64,000 bases of DNA from Muribaculaceae bacterium (lineage in GTDB: Bacteria > Bacteroidota > Bacteroidia > Bacteroidales > Muribaculaceae). Every line of letters starts with the position of its first letter. The stretch's first letter is position 1. Positions 18,032 to 26,554 of the stretch are shown one piece after another. The stretch is from positions 19,401 to 83,400 of the forward strand of contig JAZORR010000013.1 in NCBI GenBank assembly GCA_045656705.1. The letters are read 5' to 3'. The position numbers were made by a program, and so were the translations under genes. The notes beneath the pieces are model-generated. The model did no database searches, had not been told where the DNA came from, and saw only the letters and a list, made by a program, of their open reading frames with translations.

Positions 18032-18714
18032 AGACTCTATACATTATCCCTGCACGAGGTGGCAGCAAAGGAATTCCTGGTAAAAACATCAAATCTCTTG
18101 CAGGTAAACCACTTATCGGTTACTCTATAGATGTGGCTCGAGCTCTTGCCGACGACTGCGACATCTGCGTTAGCACCGACGATGCTAATATCATTGCTAC
18201 TGTGGAGGCTATGGGGCTGAAAGTGCCTTTCATACGCCCTGCCCACCTTGCTACCGACCAAAGTGGCACTTATGAGGTGCTTTTGCACGCTCTCGACTAC
18301 TACGAAGCTCAAGGCATTCACTATGAGTGTATGGTGCTTTTGCAACCTACTTCGCCTTTCCGCACTGCCGACGATGTGTGCCACTGCCTGAAACATTATA
18401 CACAAGATATTGATATGGTGGTGAGCGTGAAGCGTGCTTCAGCCAACCCTTACTACAATGCTTTCGAAACCGACGAAGATGGCTTCCTTCATATCTCTAA
18501 AGGCGAAGGCAACTACACTCGCCGCCAAGATGCTCCACCAGTGTGGGAATATAATGGTGCTGTGTATGTGATCAACACCTACTCCCTTCGCAAAATGCCA
18601 CTACACAAATTTCCGCGCCGCAAAATGTGCGAAATGAGCGACGAACATTCCATCGACCTCGACACACCTACCGATTGGCTCATCGCCGAAATGCTGTTGA
18701 CAGCGAAGAAGTGA
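18028..18714 (+). CDS. neuA: CMP-N-acylneuraminate cytidylyltransferase, NeuA/LegF family
   Basis: 228 aa. IIPARGGSKGIPGKNIK, LLQPTSPFR. ATGA overlap with the neuC stop. Confidence 0.85.
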   Translation: MKTLYIIPARGGSKGIPGKNIKSLAGKPLIGYSIDVARALADDCDICVSTDDANIIATVEAMGLKVPFIRPAHLATDQSGTYEVLLHALDYYEAQGIHYECMVLLQPTSPFRTADDVCHCLKHYTQDIDMVVSVKRASANPYYNAFETDEDGFLHISKGEGNYTRRQDAPPVWEYNGAVYVINTYSLRKMPLHKFPRRKMCEMSDEHSIDLDTPTDWLIAEMLLTAKK

Positions 18715-18855
18715 GGGGAGTGAGTGGGGAACGCCCGAAGGGTGTTTTTCTCTCTTCACTGATGAAAACGGACTAAAACCCAGTCACCTTAGATGAAGCC
18801 CTTCGGACTTACTTAAAATGTTTATGAGAAGTGCAATAGCCCGTAGGGCTACATT

Positions 18856-18914
18856 TAAGGTAACCCCGTACTTTAGTGCGGGGAAAGTTGGGTGTGTGCC
18901 GTTTAGGTACACCG
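18856..18914. repeat. REP-like hairpin pair (A and B) downstream of the RAYT gene
   Basis: A is TAAGGTAACCCCGTACTTTAGTGCGGGG (18856-18883, stem CCCCG/CGGGG). B is GGTGTGTGCCGTTTAGGTACACC (18891-18913, stem GGTGT/ACACC). Both recur inverted at 19388-19457. Confidence 0.7.
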
Positions 18915-18918
18915 TCTA

Positions 18919-19344
18919 TTATAGTTTATATCCACATTCTTCAAGTATTCGCAAAAACTCATCCTTTGAAGATTCTTTTTCGTGATGCTCTTTCTGCCCT
19001 ATAATATAATTCTTGATGTGATCAACTTCATAATAAGAAACTGTAAGTGATGCATACCCATTTGCCCATCCTCTGAACTTTGGAAAAGATGGATGACCAG
19101 AAAAGAAAGAACTTGTGCGTCCCTTTATAAGATGCATTACCTTATCGGGTAAAACTGTTCCAGGCAACTCTATTAAAATGTGAATATGGTCGAGATGTGA
19201 ATTAATTCTAATCAATTTCCATCCTTGACGCTTACAAATACCCAAAATATAACCAAACATTTCTCCTTTTGTTTCTTCGGGTATAGTCATCTCACTATTT
19301 TTAGTTCGGGTAATGATGTGAAATATATGTCGATGAAAACTCAT
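18919..19344 (-). CDS. IS200-like Y1 (HUH) transposase / REP-associated tyrosine transposase (RAYT)
   Basis: The track ORF extends to 19437, but that extension runs through the REP hairpins. The ATG at 19344 gives 141 aa: MSFHRHIFHIITRTKN..., HUH motif HLDHIHILIE, C-terminal GYASLTVSYYEVDHIKNYIIGQKEHH (Tyr plus YI..Q..HH). Confidence 0.7.
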   Translation of the reverse strand: MSFHRHIFHIITRTKNSEMTIPEETKGEMFGYILGICKRQGWKLIRINSHLDHIHILIELPGTVLPDKVMHLIKGRTSSFFSGHPSFPKFRGWANGYASLTVSYYEVDHIKNYIIGQKEHHEKESSKDEFLRILEECGYKL

Positions 19345-19387
19345 AACAATTTTTCTGTAAAGATAGCATATAGAAAGTAATAATACA

Positions 19388-19457
19388 AACGGCGTACCTG
19401 AACGGCACGCTTCATTTATGATGCATTTTCCGGGCACTAAAGTACCCGGTTACCTTA
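19388..19457. repeat. Inverted copies of REP hairpins B and A upstream of the RAYT gene
   Basis: The rc of 19430-19457 is TAAGGTAACCGGGTACTTTAGTGCCCGG. The rc of ~19391-19410 is GCGTGCCGTTCAGGTACGCC. Stems differ from the left copies by paired (compensatory) substitutions. Confidence 0.7.
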
Positions 19458-19508
19458 GATGAAGCCCTTCGGGCTTTCTTAAAGTTAGGAGTTAGTAGGT
19501 ATAGGTAT

Positions 19509-19549
19509 AAAAAAGGAGATGCTCATCTCCGGGTGGAGTGAGCATCTCT
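19509..19549 (-). terminator. Rho-independent terminator of the SusC/SusD/lipoprotein operon
   Basis: gagatgctca / tgagcatctc form a perfect 10-bp stem. On the minus strand it is followed by TTTTTT (plus-strand aaaaaa, 19509-19514). It lies 26 nt past the stop of 19575..20627. Confidence 0.7.
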
Positions 19550-19574
19550 GAGGTATAATCAAAAATGATATTGA

Positions 19575-20627
19575 TTACTTAGCACCGAAGCGAGTAAGAG
19601 TTTTCTTAACTGGCTTGCCGCTGTATGAACCACGATAGAAGTAGTGGTAGCTACGTCCCATATAAGTAGTCCAGTAGTCATTCTTCAAAAGAATTTCTTC
19701 CTTACCTTCTGGGTAAAGCTTAGAACCTACAGGCCATACCGCACGAATGTCTTGACGTACGTAGATGTAACCTGAAGCACCAAGGATTTGGTCTTCCCAA
19801 AGGATAGTAGTGAAATAGTCAGTAGCTTCACCGAATGCAAGACCTACACCATCTTCTGGATAAGTAGCATAGATTTCACCATTGCTCTTTCTGCGAACGT
19901 CGAAGAAAATACGAGCTTCAGTAGGTTCGCCTGGAGCATCGAACATATAGTTATACAAACGAGCAGAAGCGAAACGAGAGTTACCTGTTGAGTCTACTTC
20001 AGAGTAAAGAGTAGGAGTACCGAATTCGTGTACCTTAGGAGCAGCACCTTCTCTTTCTACAGCACCTTCAATTGCTTGATTATATTCATCTAACGAAATT
20101 TTAGCATCAGCAAAAGATTGAGTAGCTGTAGCGATATCCTCAACTTTATCTTCAGCATATACGCGATTATCCCAAACGATAACTTGAGAAACAACACCAG
20201 CCTTAAGATCTACTTCAGTAGTACCTACATAAACAGGCTTTCTAACGTAAACTGTAGAATCGGCAGTATTGTTCCAGTTTCTTACAACATTACCAGCTTC
20301 GTCCTTAACCTTTACAGAGGCTTCAGTTTCAAGCTTGATTGTACACTTACCAGGAGTAGTTTCGTAAGAAGAACCTACTACATAAGAAGGTGAGAAGTTG
20401 TAAGGTGAAATCATAGCTTGGTGATCGTAAGAATACTCAGTGCCATTGATAGTAATGTACTTAATATTATTATCTGATGTAGCAGTTACCAATGACATAT
20501 AGTACACTTGCACAAATGCCTTGCTGTAATCAGCATCTTCCCAGTTGAACTCTGGCTTATCTTGCGAACAAGAAGAACCCATCAAGCCAACAATCAAAGA
20601 AAGTACTAAATATTTAATATATTTCAT
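19575..20627 (-). CDS. Lipoprotein of unknown function encoded downstream of SusD (SusE/F-position accessory protein)
   Basis: 350 aa. Lipoprotein signal MKYIKYLVLSLIVGLMGSSCSQD. Same strand, 31 nt after the SusD-like gene. Confidence 0.55.
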   Translation of the reverse strand: MKYIKYLVLSLIVGLMGSSCSQDKPEFNWEDADYSKAFVQVYYMSLVTATSDNNIKYITINGTEYSYDHQAMISPYNFSPSYVVGSSYETTPGKCTIKLETEASVKVKDEAGNVVRNWNNTADSTVYVRKPVYVGTTEVDLKAGVVSQVIVWDNRVYAEDKVEDIATATQSFADAKISLDEYNQAIEGAVEREGAAPKVHEFGTPTLYSEVDSTGNSRFASARLYNYMFDAPGEPTEARIFFDVRRKSNGEIYATYPEDGVGLAFGEATDYFTTILWEDQILGASGYIYVRQDIRAVWPVGSKLYPEGKEEILLKNDYWTTYMGRSYHYFYRGSYSGKPVKKTLTRFGAK

Positions 20628-20658
20628 AATTGTCTTATTGTTTAATAGTTAAACATTA

Positions 20659-22605
20659 TTATTCTGCAACTTCGTCATAAGTTGGAGCACCTGGTTGAGG
20701 ACCTGGATAACAGAACCAAGGCATAGAGCAGTGGTAGTTAAGAGCGTCACCAGAGATTGGCTTCAATTGCTTCAATGAAGGCAAGTTCCACATATATTCA
20801 GAGTTGTAACGTGGACGGATGCGGTAGCAAGGAGAACCTTGGTTATCTTCATTAACCTTTGAAGTTGACATTTGAGAATAAGGAAGGAAGAAGCCCTTAT
20901 AAACCTTAGTAGGATCTGAATCGAACTTATTGAACATATCGTCCATATCCCAACCATCTTCGAATGAAGGAACACCATGTTCGTTACCTACGTAGTTAAG
21001 ATCGTAGTGGTTCTTACGCATATCCACCCAAACTTCTTGAGAACCCCAAGGGAATAGGTGAACATACTTTTGCATCATAATGTGTGACATTGAGAATTCA
21101 CTTTGTGGAAGTGCACCTACGAATGGACCAGCAAGGTATTCAGCAGCAGCAGCGTCGAATTGAGCCTTAGTGATCTTATCACCTACGTGGAATGTAATAT
21201 CTTCATACTTACCAGAAGCAGTCTTTTCGTTAGTGATGTTAGTGCTACCAGCAACAAGATACTTAGCAGTAAATTCCATATCGGCAGCAACAGCCTTCTT
21301 CCAAGCTTCGAAAGCAGCACCAGTGTTACCAACAGTCATTTCAGCTTCAGCAACGTTGAACATAAGCTCAGCGTAAGTAGTCAAAATGTAAGGAGCATCA
21401 TTGCGATACAACCAGCGACCATTACCGTTGCGAGCAGTAGAAGCACCATAATAATCGCTACCACTCATGAAGTAAGCAGCATCAGCATAGCGACCACCGT
21501 GGAACTTGAACGCCTTGATAGAATCGATTTCAGCGAAGTTTGCTACGTGAGAACCGTCAACAGTTTCAAGCTTAGCAACTGGACGTGGGTCCCAGTGACC
21601 AAGTTCGTTAACCAATGTATCGGTAATGATTTGCTTTTCAGCAAGTTCATACTTGTAAAGACCAACTTCCTTAAGACGAGTAGTGTCTGTGATTTCAACG
21701 AATTCTTCAGTTTCTTCGTTAACGGCACGAACCATACCAGTCATGATATCAACTGCATAGTTGTGAGCGTGACTTGAAGTCATATTGCCACGGTAAACAC
21801 CATAGTAGTTGTTGTAAGCAGCGTCTGGAGAGTCAGCACCACCACCATCTACCTTGATAGTAGCATCGTCAGCTACAGAAGTAAATGACTTGCTTGCAGC
21901 ATCCATAAGTTGAGGATAGTACTTTTCCTTGAAATCTTTCTTCTTAGTCAAAGACACAAGGTTGCGAACGATAATTGCATAACCAAACTTCTTCCACTTT
22001 TCTACATCACCACCATAGATTTGGTCGTAAGCATCAAGTTGAGGACGAAGAGAAGAGTTATCTTCCATTTCAAGATAAGCGATACCTTGCTTACACCATT
22101 CACGAATCTTCATGAAGATGTATTCTTGGTAGTCATAATCGTGCTTCAAAGAACCAGGAACATAAGCATCGTCAAGAGGCATTTCACCATTGTACTTACA
22201 GCTATAGTCCCAAGAGATAGCCTTAAGGATAAGACCTACACCAGCAGTGTGGTAATCCTTTTCAGCGATAGATTGGTTGATGATGTTTTCAAGGTTCATA
22301 CCATGTGACCAGTATGTCATACGCCACATACCACCACCTGTATCAGAAGCCTTAGAATAGTAGTGACTTGTGAAGTTACCACCATTGCTTGTCATCTGAG
22401 TAAGACCTTGTGTGTAGAAACCATCGGCATATACATTATAGAATGTATTTTGCACTTGAGGAAGGTAAAGATAAGCGTCAACGTATGCTGGACCGTCAAT
22501 ATTGTGATTGACGTCAAGATAGTCGTCGCAGCTTGTAGCTCCAAAGCCTACGGCAAGAGCACCTATAATTGATAAAATTGAATTCTTTTTCATCGTTTTC
22601 TTCAT
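20659..22605 (-). CDS. SusD/RagB-family outer-membrane nutrient-binding lipoprotein
   Basis: 648 aa. N-terminus ...GALAVGFGATSCDDYLDVN (lipobox plus the typical SusD start). Sits immediately downstream of the SusC-like gene. Confidence 0.85.
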   Translation of the reverse strand: MKKTMKKNSILSIIGALAVGFGATSCDDYLDVNHNIDGPAYVDAYLYLPQVQNTFYNVYADGFYTQGLTQMTSNGGNFTSHYYSKASDTGGGMWRMTYWSHGMNLENIINQSIAEKDYHTAGVGLILKAISWDYSCKYNGEMPLDDAYVPGSLKHDYDYQEYIFMKIREWCKQGIAYLEMEDNSSLRPQLDAYDQIYGGDVEKWKKFGYAIIVRNLVSLTKKKDFKEKYYPQLMDAASKSFTSVADDATIKVDGGGADSPDAAYNNYYGVYRGNMTSSHAHNYAVDIMTGMVRAVNEETEEFVEITDTTRLKEVGLYKYELAEKQIITDTLVNELGHWDPRPVAKLETVDGSHVANFAEIDSIKAFKFHGGRYADAAYFMSGSDYYGASTARNGNGRWLYRNDAPYILTTYAELMFNVAEAEMTVGNTGAAFEAWKKAVAADMEFTAKYLVAGSTNITNEKTASGKYEDITFHVGDKITKAQFDAAAAEYLAGPFVGALPQSEFSMSHIMMQKYVHLFPWGSQEVWVDMRKNHYDLNYVGNEHGVPSFEDGWDMDDMFNKFDSDPTKVYKGFFLPYSQMSTSKVNEDNQGSPCYRIRPRYNSEYMWNLPSLKQLKPISGDALNYHCSMPWFCYPGPQPGAPTYDEVAE

Positions 22606-22620
22606 TTTAAGTTCGAGTTA

Positions 22621-25600
22621 TTAGAATGTTACGCTCAAACCGCAAGTGTAAGTACGTGGAGAAGGAAGACCCCAGCAGTCAAAACCAAGACCACCAGTAC
22701 CACCAGCTGCAGCTGAAGAAGAGTTACCTACAGGGTTGATACCTGCATAGTTAGTGATAGTGAACAAGTCGTTACCAGAAACGAAGATGTTAGCTCTTGA
22801 GATAAGGCCATTTGTAGCCTTGTTCAAGAATTCGCTTGGTACGTTGTAGTTCAAACGAGCTTCTTGACAACGAAGGAAGTGTACATTCTTGTCAACCCAA
22901 GGTTCCATAGAAGTGTAAGAACCGTCAGAACCAATATAAGTAGTATTTGTCATAGCAGGGTTGTAAGCGATAGTAGACCATGTAGGATTGTCAGAATTTT
23001 CCTTACCGTCCTTCAATACACCCTTAAATACCTTCATAGCACCTTCGCGTTGTTCAACAGATTCCCAGCTTTGACCACGGTTCATCATGTTGTGTTCAGT
23101 GATGTTAACCACAGTTGCGTCAAGCATACCAGAGAATGCTGCAGAAAGAGAGAAGTCCTTGTAAGTGAATCTTGTAGTGATACCGTAACGCAATTCAGGT
23201 TCGCGGTCACCCATTACACGCCATTCAGAAACGTCTACGATAGGAAGACCCTTCAATGGGTGGATAAGGATATCGCCACGGTCGTTGCGTTCGAATGCAT
23301 AACCAGTAAGAGAAGTAATAGGAGCACCTACCTTAGTACCTGAACGCAAGTTACCTTCCAACCAAGTGTAAGCATCGTAGTATTCGCTCAAGTTTTCTGG
23401 AAGATAAGTTACTTCAGAAGCAGTGTGAGAACCAGTTACACCCAAGTTCCAAGTGAAGTCACGAGTCTTGATGATATCAAAGCCTAAGCGAGCTTCCCAA
23501 CCCCAAGTCTTGAACGAACCAACGTTCATGTTGTTAAGTACGAAACCAGTTGCATAAGACATACGGAAACCGTTAACGATTTGGTCTTCGCAATTAGTCC
23601 AGTAGTAAGTGAAGTCACCATCAAGACGGCTGTTGATAGCACGGAATTCGATACCAACTTCAGTAGAAGTATTCATTTCAGGAACCAACGCCTTGTTAGG
23701 ACCAGTGTAGCCATAAGCATAACCTTCGTTAGTTACCATTTGAGGTTCCAATTCAGGGTCGATAGCCAAAGGCTTAGCATCCTTACCTACTTGAGCCCAA
23801 GAAGCACGAACCTTTACATAATCCAACCAAGAAGAAGTAGCTTCGCGGATAGGAGCGATTTCAGTAACTACGAATGAACCTTCGATAGCAGGATAGAAGT
23901 AAGAGTTGTTAGCCTTAGGAAGAGTAGAAGACCAGTCGTTACGCATTGACAAAGTCAAGAACGCCATGTTGTTGTAACCAAGTTCGGCACGACCAGAAAC
24001 TGCTTGCAAACGACGCATAGTATCAGCCTTCTTAGAAACTACTGTAGCAGGGTCACAGTTGTTGATTGACATAAAGTTAGCAACCATGAATTCTGCACCG
24101 TAAGAAGAAAGACGAGTGTTACCGCGTTCCAATTGGTGGTAACCTACTTGAAGACCAAGGTTGAACTTCTTATTGAATTCCTTGTCGTAACGAGCGATGA
24201 TGTCCATAGATTGGTCGCTCAAGTTGTTCTTAGCGATGTTGTATTCACCACCCTTAGAAGTAGCTGTAGGGTAGTTTTGGTTGTTAGAACGATAGAATGG
24301 GTGAGTACCTGATTCGTAAGTAGAAGCACTGTAGTCCCAACCGAAACGACCGTTGATCATCAAACCTTCAATTGGAGTCAAGCTAACACCAAGAGATGCA
24401 GTGATGTGGTCAGATTCGTCGTAATTAAGGTTCTTGTACAAACCATACAATGGGTTCAACATATCGGTATCGTTGTACCATGTTGGGTAAGCCATGTGTA
24501 GACCGTCTGGAGCCATGTAGTTGCGCATGTCGTCAACGATTGGCCAAGTATAAGCACGGTAAACAGGACCGCTCTTACCCATACCTACCTTAGTATTTGT
24601 AGTGTGAGAGTATTGCATACTACCATCTACCTTAGCCCACTTAGTAAGTTGAGCTTGACCAGCAACAGAGATATTGTTACGACCGTAGTCAGTAGTCTTC
24701 ACAACACCTTGTTGGTCGGTGTAAGAGTAGCTTGCACGGAAAGATTTCTTATCGTCACCAGCTTCAAGAGAAAGGTTGTGGCGTTGAGAGAAACCTGTTT
24801 GAATTACAGCAGCAATGTTGTCGTAAGTTTTCCAACGACCAAGGTTCAAACCACCGTATTGAGCAGTGTAGTACCAGTTAGTTGCGCCATAGTTACCAAG
24901 CAAGTACTTGTCTTGCTTTTCTGGCCAGCCATAAGCTTGTGACCAAGAGAAAGAGTTGTTGTAAGTGATGCGAGCACGTCCCTTAGAACCCTTCTTAGTA
25001 GTGATGATGATAGCACCATTAGAAGCGTCAGAACCGTAAAGAGCGGCAGCAGCAGCACCCTTAAGGACAGTCATACTTTCGATGTCTTCTGGGTTGAAGT
25101 CAGAACCACGAGAAGAGAAGTCCATTTCATTCACCGATACAGCGTCAGCCACAGCGAAGCTGTTACCAGCGTTGAAAGTATCGTTGTTCATAGGCACACC
25201 GTCAACAACGTAAAGAGGTTGGTTAGAACCTGACAAAGAGGTTACAGAACGCAACACAACGTTATTAGATGCACCAGGAGCACCAGATGTAGAAGTTACT
25301 TGCATACCTGACACCTTACCTTGAAGGGCTGTCAAGAAGTCGGTACGACCAGACTCGATAACGTCGCTTGCCTTCACGTTTTGAACAGAAGAACCTACGG
25401 CGCGAGCTACACGCTTGATACCGAACTCAGCAGTTACTACTACTTCTTCAAGACTTTGAGAAGCGCTTTCAAGCACGATGCTTGCTGCGTTAGCAGCCTT
25501 CACTTCTTTAGTCTTAAAACCAACGTAAGATACTACAAGGGTTTTGCCAGTGGCATTACCAATAGTAAACTTACCATCTACGTCAGTGGAAACACCATTA

Positions 25601-25779
25601 GTAGTGCCTTTTACCATTACAGTAGCACCAATCAATGGGTCGCCATTTGTGTCTTTAACGACACCACTCACTTTTCCAGTTTGCGCTACAGCAGTGAAAC
25701 CAGTTGCTTCACTACCACTCCACAAAGGATTACCAAACGCAAGGAAAAGCGCTACAAACAATGCACATTGTTTCTTCAT
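22621..25779 (-). CDS. SusC/RagA-family TonB-dependent outer-membrane transporter
   Basis: 1052 aa. Carboxypeptidase-regulatory-like N-domain GKVSGVVKDTNGDPLIGATVMVKGTTNGVSTDVDGKFTI, plug region, and a C-terminal ...GLSVTF. Confidence 0.9.
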   Translation of the reverse strand: MKKQCALFVALFLAFGNPLWSGSEATGFTAVAQTGKVSGVVKDTNGDPLIGATVMVKGTTNGVSTDVDGKFTIGNATGKTLVVSYVGFKTKEVKAANAASIVLESASQSLEEVVVTAEFGIKRVARAVGSSVQNVKASDVIESGRTDFLTALQGKVSGMQVTSTSGAPGASNNVVLRSVTSLSGSNQPLYVVDGVPMNNDTFNAGNSFAVADAVSVNEMDFSSRGSDFNPEDIESMTVLKGAAAAALYGSDASNGAIIITTKKGSKGRARITYNNSFSWSQAYGWPEKQDKYLLGNYGATNWYYTAQYGGLNLGRWKTYDNIAAVIQTGFSQRHNLSLEAGDDKKSFRASYSYTDQQGVVKTTDYGRNNISVAGQAQLTKWAKVDGSMQYSHTTNTKVGMGKSGPVYRAYTWPIVDDMRNYMAPDGLHMAYPTWYNDTDMLNPLYGLYKNLNYDESDHITASLGVSLTPIEGLMINGRFGWDYSASTYESGTHPFYRSNNQNYPTATSKGGEYNIAKNNLSDQSMDIIARYDKEFNKKFNLGLQVGYHQLERGNTRLSSYGAEFMVANFMSINNCDPATVVSKKADTMRRLQAVSGRAELGYNNMAFLTLSMRNDWSSTLPKANNSYFYPAIEGSFVVTEIAPIREATSSWLDYVKVRASWAQVGKDAKPLAIDPELEPQMVTNEGYAYGYTGPNKALVPEMNTSTEVGIEFRAINSRLDGDFTYYWTNCEDQIVNGFRMSYATGFVLNNMNVGSFKTWGWEARLGFDIIKTRDFTWNLGVTGSHTASEVTYLPENLSEYYDAYTWLEGNLRSGTKVGAPITSLTGYAFERNDRGDILIHPLKGLPIVDVSEWRVMGDREPELRYGITTRFTYKDFSLSAAFSGMLDATVVNITEHNMMNRGQSWESVEQREGAMKVFKGVLKDGKENSDNPTWSTIAYNPAMTNTTYIGSDGSYTSMEPWVDKNVHFLRCQEARLNYNVPSEFLNKATNGLISRANIFVSGNDLFTITNYAGINPVGNSSSAAAGGTGGLGFDCWGLPSPRTYTCGLSVTF

Positions 25780-26554
25780 AAGCGTAATTATTTGGTAATT
25801 AATGATTAAAAGTTATTAGTAAATAATCTCATTTTCTCTCTAAATAATCAAATCGGGCACCTATCTACAATAAATTTTCTATGCGCCTAATCTAATCACA
25901 ATATTCAACGTGCAAATATGCTCCTTTTTTAGCAACTGTGCAAGTTTTTTTAAACATTTTTTTACCCTACGATATACATTTTAAATAAACAAGGGCAAAA
26001 AAGAGCAAAAAACATGTTTTAAAACATATTTTTAACAAGAAAAAGGGGCGAAGGAACAATTTTCATATAGAATCACGAGGCGTATAACGCCCGAAGGACG
26101 GATTTTAAGAATAGCCACAGGTTGTCAACCTACGGTAAGGCATCTTAGCGAACTAAAGGGAAAGTTATCCTATCGAACAAATAGGGTTATTGATTTAAAT
26201 AAAGTATATGTTAGCCGTTTTTAGGGAGAGGGTATATACAAAAAAATTGGTTATCTCACGACAACCAACCTTAATTAACCTTAAATCTAATACCATGAAA
26301 AACACAATGCAAAGTTACGAACGATTTCTAAAACCGCAAAGGAATTATCAGGAAAATGGAGTATATTAATATTCTTTAACAGAAATTCAGTGAATTATAC
26401 AATAAGAAAGTAGAGTTAAGATATGATATTTTAGATGGCGTACCTTATCGGCTCCGGCAAGTATATTCCATTGGGAGTATATATAATAGGAAAAGGGTGT
26501 GCCGAAGTTACTTTGACACACCCTCTTGATGAGATATTATATAATTAAGGTATA

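Noticed and set aside
26294-26369. 24-codon ORF (MKNTMQSYERFLKPQRNYQENGVY) in the 775-bp gap upstream of SusC.
   Set aside because: It is too short to support without conservation or expression data, and it has no recognisable leader-peptide or regulator features.
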